A stretch of DNA of 62,169 nt, filler included, from Barthelona sp. PAP020 (GCA_040182905.1; 11 parts of 11 records of this genome joined end to end with filler, not necessarily neighbours in it), one strand, 5' to 3'. Positions 11,734 through 22,975 are shown, counted from the whole stretch's first letter. Numbers and translations: made by a program. Notes: generated by a model not told the origin, from the letters alone.

Positions 11734-11935
11734 TAAACAATTTGACCTCTAAATTCATCCATTTACGTTGTTCTTTCTTTTTCATAAAAAAGAAAAGGTA
11801 AAGCATTTTTGAAATTGAAACATTAAAAAGAATATTTTTTCCCTTTTCATTAATTCTCTCATCATAAAAAAGTGCATTATCTATTGAATATAACAACAGC
11901 TTGAAGATTTACCGTTTTTTCTAAAAAAATGAAAT

Positions 11936-12338
11936 GAGGGTTGTTCACAAGCCTATTATTTTTGGCGAATCGAAATTTTCCGATTCTTCCTTTTTCCCTC
12001 GAGGTACGGAACTTTTCCTTAACCTAACCCCAAATTTTTGACCTGCCACGGTGAATACATGAAAACTTGCACAATTAGGATAAATTTTTAAAAATATCGG
12101 AGCTTTAAGCTCTTTTGAGCAATTAGTAATGCAATATTTCACACTCTGCATAGGGCATAGCTCTCCTACGAAAGCCTATGAAAGAGTAGGTCTCAAAAAA
12201 GAGAGGTTCCTTTCAGGAACGCTGGACGTTCTCGAAAAGAAGAAAGATTAAGGTATATTATTTATTAGTCAACTAAGTTTTCCCAGTCTCTAATTTGGGA
12301 AAGTTCTGGAAAAGGTTCGTTCAAAAAGAAAAATAAAA
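11936..12338 (-). mobile_element. Repeat A, ~400 bp non-coding element (putative SINE/MITE-like or structured RNA)
   Basis: Full-length reverse-complement match to 20992-21389; its ~110-bp terminus is shared with 15781-15887 and 28058-28165. Confidence 0.7.
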
Positions 12339-12648
12339 CATCGTAATCTCAATGGAAAGAACACAAACATCAATTCTACATAATAATGCAGAGAAAATGG
12401 CCTTAATTCAACACCATAACCCCTTAATCACCCGTATAGGTTGTATAGCTCATAGTTTAGTGAATACTGAAAGAAATTGCAGTTCAATCATATCTAAAAC
12501 CAAAACTGCACGCAATGAATATTTGTCAACATCGTTCATTGACATGAAGTGAATATTTGCAATTTGAATTTTTGGAGAAATTTTGAAAATTTCTAGTTTA
12601 TCTCCAATTTCAATTTTTCATTTATTTCTTTTTTTTTGTTAGTTTATT

Positions 12649-14807
12649 GTGTCTGTTGAATCAAGTAGTGAAATTGGAGAATTTACACGAGGTTTATTTC
12701 CTCTAAATATTGATGAAAATAGTGGAGGTGAAATTGCAAATGTGATTTCTAATTATTTGTGGGACATTAAATACTTGCCAAATGGTAAACAATTGGTTGT
12801 TGGTACTTATCAAGCTGTCTATGTTATTGATTTAGCAACTGGAATATTGAATCGTACATTGAAAGAGCATACACAGCATGTTTATGGTATTGCCATTTCA
12901 CCAAATGGGCAGAAGTTGGCAACATGTTCCAACGATAGGTTTATCATTGTATACAGCCTTCCAGATTTCTCCATCTTGTGTAGATTGAATGGTAGAACTC
13001 ATATTTATGGAATTTGTTTTTCTTCTTGTTCAAATTATGTATACTCTGGTGATTACAATGGAGATCTTACGAAATATGACACAAATAATGGGAGTATTGT
13101 CTTGGAAAAGAGAATTCAGAATAATTGGAGTTGGAGAGTGAAACTATCAACGAATGGTAAATATCTTTTGACCGGAGGTGGTGATGGTATTGCCAAGTTG
13201 GTTGACCCAGATGATTTATCGGTTGTTCGTACATTCAGTCAAGGTTACCAAATTAGAGCTATTGATTTCCACCCAACTGAAAGAATGATTGCTGTTGGTG
13301 ATCGTTTAAGAAAAGTTAAACTCTGGAACATGGACAACGGATCACTCATTCATACATTTGACATGGGTGGTGAAGTATGGTGTCTTCATTTCTTATCACC
13401 TTATATCCTGCTTATTATGTCTGGTGATGGCTATATTACCTCATTTCATGTTGAAACCTATCAGCGAATTCAAAAGGTACATTGTGGTTGTGACTCTACC
13501 GATTTTTCCTTTGCTATATCCCCAGACAAGACACAAATAGCGTGTGGAAGAAGAAGATCCAACAACACAATAAAATTATTCAAAATCATTCCTGACATCT
13601 CAGATCTAGTTGATGTTGATGTCCTGAAAACCCACAAATCAGACCTAATTGACCTCTCATGGTAGTGTTATATCATATTTACTCACGAATTATCAATTAA
13701 AACACACTGATACTATCATTGTTGAGCTTTTGTCATCAGGAATGTGTCTTTCAGCAGAAGAAGTCAATGAATTTACACAAGGTGACATGGATATTGTTCT
13801 AAATAATGCAGCTAACAGTAGAAATATGCGCCAATTTATCTCACCTGAACTTTTACTCCAATGTTTCATTGAACACAATGAAACACATCTCAAAAAGCAG
13901 ATGAATTTGCTTGCAAGCATTTAAACTTGCTTCCATAAAATCAAAAACCGAAAAGCCTGCTAATTTTAACAAAGATGTTCCTTGCCTGTGCCAAATCCCT
14001 ATTTGATACACAAGAAGGAGACCTTTTGTCCATGAACTTGTTGATTATTCAAAAAATGCTCAAAATGTTGTTTCATCTGTGATTTCAACCTCCAACCAGC
14101 AAGAAGCTTGTGGCACTGTTCTATTATTATTAAAATGTGGGCTTTGGATTTGTTATGATGAGTATGTTTTGATAAAACACATTTTGGATGATGTAATATG
14201 TGAGATAAGCTTCAAGAATGGTGGAAACATCAGGCAAATTCAATTTCCTCACTTTTATTTGTTTTTTACACTTGACGGATTTTCTTTTTCTAATTTGATG
14301 AAATTGACACTAAATAGACACCCTGAAGTACTCAGTAACTTATTTGATTTCATGGTTGAACATAAAAATCTGTTGTCTCAAACTGAAATGTCAGAACTAT
14401 GCGACTTTTCAGAAGCCTATCCGACATTTACTGGGCTTCTGTTTGAAAAAATTGTTCCACACTTGTCTGAAATATCTCGATTAATCTTCCCTGAACTTTT
14501 GCCTAAACATGTAATTTTTGAATTTCCAGCAATTGTAAAACCGTTTTCTCAAAAGATTGAAATGATTTCTGATTTAAAAGAGGAAAATAACCAACAGGAC
14601 GTTTTAATTGGCAACCTCTCAACACAACTTGAACGAGTTACGTCCGTTGTTGCTTTGCTCGTTCAAAACCAATCAAAAAACGTGAACACCCAAAGTCTGT
14701 AAATCGATTAGCTAAATTAGGAGCCATTCGAAGACAACATTGTTGAAGAACTTAAGACCCAACTTAAGGCTACCCTATCCTGGGCTAATCAACAGAATTC
14801 AAGTTAA
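12649..14807 (+). pseudogene. Variable WD40 family copy 1, with two C-terminal helical modules and a coiled coil; disrupted
   Basis: Near-identical to 16202 and 27730 up to nt 13551. Start is GTG where the paralogs have ATG. Frameshift near 13660, and further stops split ORFs 13649-13924 and 14079-14702. Confidence 0.8.
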
Positions 14808-14899
14808 AATCACTTGGGCTCAAACCCAGATCTGTTAATCGTGACAACTTTGATGAATTCATTGACCTTTCTATCAAAATGTATATCTCCAAATATCAA

Positions 14900-15887
14900 T
14901 CGATCACTGAAACAATGAGAAGTGTTTTTTTGGAATTCTCTGTTTTGGCCACAGATTTAGCAGTATGTAGTTTTGAGGATCTGATGGCTTTATGCGTGCT
15001 GTAAATTGTTTTTTTGTCACTAATTTCTTTTTCATCAGCAGAAGGCGATTTCCAAGGTTATAACTTTTCATTTTATAAAGGGTCATAATTCTTTCATTTG
15101 CTAATGCATTATCTCAAGTGCATTTAGATAGGACTTGAACAAGAGTGAACTGTCTTTTGTTGTGTTTGAAAGAATACTTTTATGTCTGTTTTCAACAGAA
15201 GATCAAGGGGTCAATATCTGATGCCAAAGCAGAGGGTGTGCTTGACTTATAGGGAGACACTCTTTGCAGCCACATGTTGAAGAATGTTGAGACTCTCTTT
15301 TTTGGTTTTCTTAAATTTGATACCAGTTATGAGCTCCTGAACCCACTCTTCATCAGTCTAATACCATTTTTTTGACCGTTTCTTTGAACAGCAATACCCA
15401 TCCTATTCTTTCTACTTCAGCAAAGAATCTTATACTTTCATTCCCTACTGCCCCATAATCTTCTTCTTCACCAATTGTGTTTATCAGTTAGACCCAACAA
15501 CCATTGAGCGCGAGATCTTCATCTATTTGTAACGCATCTTCTGGGAATTATTTTTGGAAGTTAGCCACATACAACGCTATTATGAGGATTGATACCGCTT
15601 CATTATAAAGGAGTTTAGCATTAGCATCCTCTTTTTTGATCTCTTTGAATTTGATTCCTGAGAAGAGTTCTTGAACCCACTCTTCATAACTGTAAAAATT
15701 ATTATTGGACAACCCTTGTGGAATGTTTCTTTTCATTGCTGAAACCACTCTGTAACACGTTACCCCTTTAACAAGAACCCCCGAAAAGAATAAAGATTGA
15801 AGTTTATTATTTATTAATCAATTGAGGTTCCCAGTCTCTGATTTGGATAAGCTGTGGAAAAGGTTCGTACAAGAAGAAAAATAAAAA
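14900..15887 (-). mobile_element. Repeat B: terminus shared with repeat A plus a decayed ORF; left boundary uncertain
   Basis: 15384-15887 matches 28058-28560 in reverse complement. The stop-riddled frame contains a duplicated EEWVQEL..GIKFK motif. Confidence 0.55.
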
Positions 15888-16201
15888 GAAATTATCGAAG
15901 TTTATATAAATGTACAATGTTACAAACACCAATTCCACATAATAAACAGAGAAAATAGCCATAATTTAATATCATAACCCCTTACTTACCCGAATAGGTT
16001 GTATAGCTCATAGTTTAGTAAGCATTAAAGAAAGAAGAGTTCAACCAAATCTGAAAACAAAACATCTGCATCCAATGAATATTTGTCAACATCGTTCATT
16101 GACATGAGGTGAATATTTGCAATTTGGATTTTGGAAGATTTTTGAAAATTTCTAGTCAATCGTCAATTTTTATTTTCCATTTATTTTTTTGTTAGTTTAT
16201 T

Positions 16202-17187
16202 ATGTCTGTTGAATCAAGTGGTGAAATAGGAGAATTTATACGTGGTTTATTTCCTCTAAAGATTGATGAAAATAGTGTAGATGAAATTGAAAATGTGATT
16301 TCTAGTTATTCGTGGGACAGTAAATACTTGCCAAATGGTAAACAATTGGTTGTTGGTAGTCATCAAGCTGTTCATGTTATTGATGTAGCAACTGGAATAT
16401 TGAATCGTACATTGAAAGAGCATACAGACAATGTTTATGGTATTGTCATTTCACCAAATGGGCAGAAGTTGGCAACATGTTCCCGTGATAAGTCTATCAT
16501 TGTATACAGCCTTCCAGATTTCTCCATCTTGTGTAGATTGAATGGTGGAGGTTGTATTTGTGGAATTTGTTTTTCTTCTTGTTCAAATTATGTATATTAT
16601 GGTGATACCAATGGAACTCTTACGAAAAGTGACACAAATAATGGGAGAATTGTCTTGGAAAAGAGAATTTCGAATAGATTTATTTGGAGAGTGAAACTAT
16701 CAACGGATGGTAAATATCTTTTGACTGGATGTGGTGATGGTGGAACTGCCAAGTTGGTTGACCCAGATGATTTGTCTGTTGTTCGTACATTCAGTCAAGG
16801 TTGCGGAATTAGAGCTATTGATTTCCACCCAACTGAAAGAATGATTGTTGTTGGTGATGAATCGAAAAAAGTCAAACTCTGGAACATAGACGACGGATCA
16901 CTCATTCATACATTTGATATGGGTGGTCAAGTATGCTGTCTTCATTTCTTATCACCTTATATCCTGCTTATTATGTCTGGTGATGGATATATTACCTCAT
17001 TCAATGTTGAAACTCATCAGCAAATTCAAAAAGTACATTGTGGTTGTAACCCTTTCGGTTTTTCCTTTGCTGTATCCCCTGATAAGACACAAATAGCGTG
17101 TGGAAGATGTGCAGGGAATGTCATCAAAATCTATTCAATTGTCATTGACTATAACCCCTCACATGAGGCGGAACTCATTCGATTGTC
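16202..17187 (+). CDS. Variable WD40 family copy 2, 3' truncated by the contig end
   Basis: ATG start; about 7 WD40 blades (e.g. HTDNVYGIVISPNGQKLATCSRDKSIIVY, AIDFHPTERMIVVGDESKKVKLWN); paralog of 12649 and 27730. Confidence 0.9.
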
Positions 17188-17287
17188 NNNNNNNNNNNNN
17201 NNNNNNNNNNNNNNNNNNNNNNNNNNNNNNNTTAATTAATTAANNNNNNNNNNNNNNNNNNNNNNNNNNNNNNNNNNNNNNNNNNNN

Positions 17288-18123
17288 ATAGGAACATCAA
17301 ATTTAACGAGTGGTAATAGGTTATCCGCAATTTCATGAATTTTAGGAACGATTGCAGGTTCAAAAGCACCTTGAACGGGTAATATATGAGGCTTTTTTGG
17401 TGGAACAGATTGACAAGCTGATCTTGACTCTAAGAAGGTTTCAATATCACCCAATAAATATAGCTCAAGATGGTCTTCAAATATATCAGTTTCTATTTCA
17501 GCAGACTGATTGGAAAGTGCTGAAATGGCGGGTAAACTGCTTGGCAACGATATAATGTCAATCTCTAACCCATCAGAATGCTCAACCAACGATTCTTTAG
17601 GTATCGTGATATAGCAAAAACCATAGGATTTTAATTGATCATACAGGGTTTCCTCAGATTGTGAAGGTAATAACCAAGGAGGAACAAAAGAGTCTTCTAC
17701 AATGGGATTAAAGCATAATCCACTTTCTTTTTTACCAAAATTTTCTGACAATTCAATATCTAACAAAGAATCATCTTCATCATCTGACATAACGGATGAT
17801 AATTCCAAAGCACTGGCAAGCTCATCAAATAAAGCCGTTTTTTGTATACGATTTAAACTAACAAAAGCATCACCAGGCATACAATCAACTGATGAATAAT
17901 CATCAACCACTTTTTCAACTTTTAAATATAATTTTGACTGATGTTTTCGAAATTTGGTTTCAAATTCTGAGTTTAAGTTTTGTTCCATTGAAATTGAATG
18001 GATCAAATGCTTTTCTTTTGAACATTTTTCACAAATATATTCCTTACAATCGTTACAATAATACGTTAAGTTTTCTCCATGCTCCGAACAAAGTTCAACC
18101 GATAAATTGGACTGAAGGTCCAT
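17288..18123 (-). CDS. B-box zinc-finger protein, 3' truncated
   Basis: CSEH...YYCNDCKEYICEKC...KHLIH B-box pattern directly after the ATG at 18123. Confidence 0.8.
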
Positions 18124-18361
18124 AAAAAAAATAACAGTATTTTTATTGGAAAAATTATAAACAAATGAGATAAAAAATAAATCTAACCTCAAATGATAAG
18201 TTGTACAAACATAAATAAAACAAATAAACAACAATAAAAAAAAAAATTAAAATATGAGGTTATTAATTCAACTTTTTTGTTGGGGTCGGATTTTTTTTTA
18301 TTTATTTAACAGAGAAATTTTAGAATGAATTATTAATTCAATCTTTAAAATCAAAAAAAAA

Positions 18362-20962
18362 ATGGGAACAACAACGTCTAAATTACGAGCAATATTTGAC
18401 AACTTAGATTGTGATAAAGATGGATATTTGAGATTATCTCATCTTGAAAAGGGGCATGAACAACTTAGAGAATTAGGAATCAGTTTTAAAAGATGGAATT
18501 CTTTGGGAACTTTTTATACATTTGATAAAGGAAAAGATGGAAAACTATCTTTTGAAGAATTTTGTGATTTAATTGGTTCCTTAAGACGTATAGAATGGAC
18601 TGCGAAGAATAAAAGAAGAAGAAAATTGTTTGGAATTATTCCTTTACCTTTATGCTGTGGTTTAAGAGAATTGAACACTGAACATGGTGAAAAAAAAGAA
18701 AACGGACAATGTCTAAGCCTTCCAAATGGAGAAATTTTTTCTGTTCTTGAAGAATTCCCAATCGATCAAGCGGTAACAGTTACATTACAAGGAACTAATC
18801 GTGGTGATGGTACTTTTACGCATGTTAACAATAATTTATTTGAATCTTTTCGTAGTTTCAGTTCTGAACAAGTCCATGAATTTTGGGATCGAATCCAATT
18901 AAATATGAAGGAAGAAGGTCGTGAATGTTGGTTAAAATGGTTATTTACCGTTATTGTTGAAGATAGTGAAAGAATAGATGTTTCCAAGCTTACCTTGTTA
19001 ATCAAGGCTTTGCATGCTGATGGTGTTGAAGCAGAAACTTTGTTGTCTGACAGTGATAATGAGATGGAAAATGGAAAGCTTCATAGCCCTACCTCAATAA
19101 CTGAACGAGTATTAGCTCAGTATGATCTGGATGAAACAGGAGATCTTAATTACTCTGAATTTGTGGAATTAGCCATGGATATCATGCGTGAAATTTATTT
19201 GTATCAAGAAAGGGCATTTCAGCATCGAAATTTTCGAAACTATACTTTGTACAAGACTTTAGGCACTGGTAGTATGGGTATAGTTAAGCAAGCGAGGAAT
19301 GATACAACTGGAGAATATGTCGCATTGAAAATGTGTCGCATTACGTCAGATGCTGTGCATGATAAATTGATGAGTGAGATTGAAACGTTAGAAAAGCTTA
19401 GAAATTGTAAGCATTGTGTCAAGTTGTACGAGTATTTTATGGAAGGAGATATGATGGTTATCGTTGAGGAATTATGCGATGGAGGTGATTTGCATGAACT
19501 GTTGTTTCAATTACCCGAAAACACTAATTTTATCAAATATTACTTTAAACAGCTTTGTTTGGGGGTCAAAGAACTCCACGACAAAAATATTTGTCATCGT
19601 GATATTCGTCTTGAGAACATTTTGCTGGATGCTGAAGGAACAATCAAGTTAACAGACTTTGGCTCAGCTAGGGAATTCAAAAAAGGTTGGGATATGTTCA
19701 ACACGTATATGGTTGGTGGTTTATACCATCTAAGTCCCGAACAATTAGAACAAAAGATATATTCAGGAACAAAAACAGACATATGGTCTTTGGGCATTGT
19801 GCTTTATTGCCTTGTTTTTCGTAAACGACCATTCTTTAATGCACATATTCCAACCATGCTTGAACATATGAAAAGTGCTGATTGGTATGTTGAAGATAAG
19901 GTAGTTGATCCTGAAGCATTATCGCTACTTGGAAAATTGCTTGTGAAGGATCCAGATGAAAGGTTAACGATAAATGAGATCTTGGAAGACCCTTTCATCA
20001 AAGAATTTGATCTCTCCAAGTTTAATCCTGTTTTAGCTATTGCATCATTGTGGTTAGGTGCATTACCTTTGGCTTTAGATATGGGTGATATGAATTTAAA
20101 ATTCTCAGATGTGTTTTTGAAGAGGCAAAATAGTGTCTATAGTCAAACATCCACTATCAACTCCATTGTCAATTCTGAACAAAATCATTTATTTGAACAT
20201 TCTTTATCTATCATTGACGAAAACAATTCTAACTACAACATTTCCAGAAGCGCTTCGCCCTTTAAGAGCGAAGAGTGTATCAGTGATACTTCAAAATTAG
20301 ACATTCGAAGTTCTTCCATTCCTCCTGTTGACAGACCAGACAATGATTCTCAGGAACTTTTAAATGAAGAATTCCTTCAGAATACCCCATTAAGTATCAA
20401 TCAGTCCGTTCATGATTTGAATATTAAAGATACTGTTTGTTATATCAAAGAAAGAGATGTCGAAGTTGATATCTGTTTAGATCCGAATGAAGTGATTGAA
20501 ACTCATAAATATTTAATTCAAGCTATAATGAGGATTATGAACAAATATAGTTTTATTCTGGAGTGTGATGAAGCATATTCATGTGATGAGCCAGCTGTTA
20601 CTCTTAATCCTATTCAATGTGCAGGACAAACATTTGAAATTCCCGCTGTAGATTCGTCTTTTTTATTCAAATGTGATAGCATGCGTGTTTTAATTGAGTT
20701 AAAGTATGACGCGGTAAAGATGAGTGAAATGATGGAAACTCTTGATTTATTATCTACAAAAGCTGAAAAATTGAGTCAATCACCTGTTACCACATTTTGT
20801 CCTCGATCAAAACCACATCATTTTTATTTGTTTTCTATTTTTCAATATTATGTGGGATGGAGAATGAACTTTCAATTGATTGGTGGAAATTTGAGAGAGT
20901 TTCATCATCAATATGTTCGTATTGTTCGAAAATTACAGAAACTTTTGCCAACGGATTATTAA
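18362..20962 (+). CDS. N-myristoylated EF-hand + CAMK-group Ser/Thr kinase with KA1-like C-terminus
   Basis: MGTTTS; EF loops DCDKDGYL, DKGKDGKLSFEE, DLDETGDLNYSE; kinase motifs GTGSMG, VALK, HRDIRLEN, DFG, DIWSLG. Confidence 0.9.
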   Translation: MGTTTSKLRAIFDNLDCDKDGYLRLSHLEKGHEQLRELGISFKRWNSLGTFYTFDKGKDGKLSFEEFCDLIGSLRRIEWTAKNKRRRKLFGIIPLPLCCGLRELNTEHGEKKENGQCLSLPNGEIFSVLEEFPIDQAVTVTLQGTNRGDGTFTHVNNNLFESFRSFSSEQVHEFWDRIQLNMKEEGRECWLKWLFTVIVEDSERIDVSKLTLLIKALHADGVEAETLLSDSDNEMENGKLHSPTSITERVLAQYDLDETGDLNYSEFVELAMDIMREIYLYQERAFQHRNFRNYTLYKTLGTGSMGIVKQARNDTTGEYVALKMCRITSDAVHDKLMSEIETLEKLRNCKHCVKLYEYFMEGDMMVIVEELCDGGDLHELLFQLPENTNFIKYYFKQLCLGVKELHDKNICHRDIRLENILLDAEGTIKLTDFGSAREFKKGWDMFNTYMVGGLYHLSPEQLEQKIYSGTKTDIWSLGIVLYCLVFRKRPFFNAHIPTMLEHMKSADWYVEDKVVDPEALSLLGKLLVKDPDERLTINEILEDPFIKEFDLSKFNPVLAIASLWLGALPLALDMGDMNLKFSDVFLKRQNSVYSQTSTINSIVNSEQNHLFEHSLSIIDENNSNYNISRSASPFKSEECISDTSKLDIRSSSIPPVDRPDNDSQELLNEEFLQNTPLSINQSVHDLNIKDTVCYIKERDVEVDICLDPNEVIETHKYLIQAIMRIMNKYSFILECDEAYSCDEPAVTLNPIQCAGQTFEIPAVDSSFLFKCDSMRVLIELKYDAVKMSEMMETLDLLSTKAEKLSQSPVTTFCPRSKPHHFYLFSIFQYYVGWRMNFQLIGGNLREFHHQYVRIVRKLQKLLPTDY

Positions 20963-20991
20963 AATTTGTAAATATTTTCGGAAAATTTTGA

Positions 20992-21389
20992 TTTGTTTTT
21001 CTTCTTGTACGAACCTTTTCCAGAACTTACCCAAATCAGAGACTGGAATCTCAGTTTATTGATAAACAATAAACCTTAATCTTTATTCTTTTCGGAGGAT
21101 CCAGCGTTCCTGAAAGGAGCCTCTCTTTTTTGAGACCTACTCTTTCATAGGCTTTCGTAGGAGAGCTACGCTCTATGCGGGGTATGAAATATTGCATTAC
21201 TAATTGCTCAAAAGAGCTTAACGTTCCGATATTTTAAAAAGAATTATCCTAATTGTGTAATTTTTCATGCATTCACCGTGGCAGATCAAAAATTTGGGGG
21301 TAAGTTAAGGAAAAGTTCCGTACCTCGAGGTAAAAAGAAAAATCGGAAAATTTCTATCAGCCAAAAAGAATAGCTTCTAAACAACACTC
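20992..21389 (+). mobile_element. Repeat A, second full copy, followed by a T-run
   Basis: Reverse-complement match to 11936-12338; flanks differ between copies; T13 at 21390-21402. Confidence 0.7.
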
Positions 21390-21540
21390 TTTTTTTTTTT
21401 TTCTTCTTTTTGACAATCTGAAGGTAAAAATGATAAATGATCGGGTTTTCCTTATACCATAAAGCAAAATTGGTGAAAATATTGTTAGCACAAGAAGAAT
21501 TGTAAATATGCGCAAATGAAGGGAAGACTGTTGATGTCAT

Positions 21541-21652
21541 GGTAAACGGCGGGGTAACTATGATTCTTTTAAGGTAGCCAAATGCCTCGTCACCTAATTA
21601 GTGGCGCGCATGAATGGATTAACGAGGTTCCTACTGTCCCTATCTACTATCT
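21541..21652 (+). rRNA. Isolated 112-bp LSU (28S) rDNA fragment, non-functional
   Basis: GGTAAACGGCGGG-GTAACTATGA...TTAAGGTAGCCAAATGCCTCGTCA...GCGCATGAATGGATTAACGAG...ACTGTCCCTATCTACTATCT is the conserved helix 69-71 region; both flanks are non-rRNA. Confidence 0.92.
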
Positions 21653-22975
21653 CAATTATTTGTGGCAAAAGAATTTTATTGAAAGAATATATTTCTGTAC
21701 TAATCTGTAAACAAGAAATTTTGTTTTGAGAAAGAATAAAAATTGCTACTTTTTGCTGCATCACATATGATTGTAGCAAAGATCTTACATTTACTTATTT
21801 TTAACCGAATTTTCATTAAATTTTGTTAATTTGCTTTGAAATAATTTTTTAACAAAACTGAGAAAAGACGAGAAAAGAGGTTAATATTAATTTTGATCAC
21901 CTTTTTCACTTCTTTCTTTGAGCTATGAAAGTGGTGTGTTTTAAATCGATGGAATCCTAAAACGTCAATAATAAATTGGTTTTGTGTTAATTTATTCAAG
22001 TTAGAGACTGGACAACATACCTAATCTCAGAAACTGTCAATGTGAAGAAAATTGAAGATGCAATTCCACAAAGTATCAATCCTATTTGAGACTGTGTTTC
22101 CAACTACTCAATATTGTAATATAAAATGAAAGGAAAAAGGAAACACAATGAACAAAAAGAAGATGTGATATGATAGGTGGACTTTTTGACAAACACAAAA
22201 AAGAAGGTTTTGGCTTAAGTTTTGAATCACTTGATTACAAATACAACCAAAGAAATATTTACACTGAAAAATGTGCAAACATGCACTGAAACAAAGAGTT
22301 TCACCAAAAATATTTAATAATCGAACAAACATCTCTACAAAACACAATTATCATTTTCTACTATCACATTCATGGTGTTTAAATCAATGCTAAATGCAAA
22401 GTTGTCCATATAAACTCGAAAGAAAAAATCCTAACAAAGAATTGACCCACTCATAGAAAAAAATATCTCACAGATGCCTAATCATTCATTTCATCTCATT
22501 TCAACAATTGGTGCTCCAAAACATCGACGGATTGTTTTTGGAAAAATATTCAAAAAGAATGAAAAGATCAAATTCATTTTTAGCTTTTTTAAATTCCTTT
22601 TTTTTTGCAGACGATGGTTGTTAACACTGATGTTCCATTCTTTAAAAAGACAATTGAACGGAAGGAAAAAGAAAAGGATATAATTTTTGTTGCAAACTGG
22701 CGATCAAAAGGCAAAAATCGTATACCCAATCTAGAATCATACACAAAGATCATTAATTCACTGAAACCCACCGAAATTCGTGGATCCAGCTTCAAAATAA
22801 TTGATCCCCATTTTGCAACAGGCGCATTTGGATTCTTATGCACAGCTGAAAGATATGGGATTGTTGTCATAATCANNNNNNNNNNNNNNNNNNNNNNNNN
22901 NNNNNNNNNNNNNNNNNNNTTAATTAATTAANNNNNNNNNNNNNNNNNNNNNNNNNNNNNNNNNNNNNNNNNNNN

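Noticed and set aside
14700..14725. TAR=Gln alternative genetic code
   Set aside because: Conserved genes end at TAA (PRP22, PFK), TAG (MCM6) and TGA (NSF, p24) and show no internal TAR codons.
12649..17187. Diversity-generating retroelement behind the WD40 variation (many variable codons keep position 3)
   Set aside because: No reverse transcriptase or template repeat in the window, variation spans the whole gene, and some codons (CAG/GAC/AGC, AAC/CGT/GGT, TGG/TTT/GGG) do not fit one AAY template. Positive selection explains the pattern more simply.
21030..21050. TCAGAGACT resembling the group I intron R element in the shared repeat terminus
   Set aside because: No matching S element or P7 partner downstream and no host exon context.
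21780..22470. Short hydrophobic ORFs (also 977-1231, 26126-26531, 55946-56146) as a decayed membrane-protein family
   Set aside because: T-rich strands give Phe/Leu/Ile-rich frames by chance; I found no alignable similarity between them.
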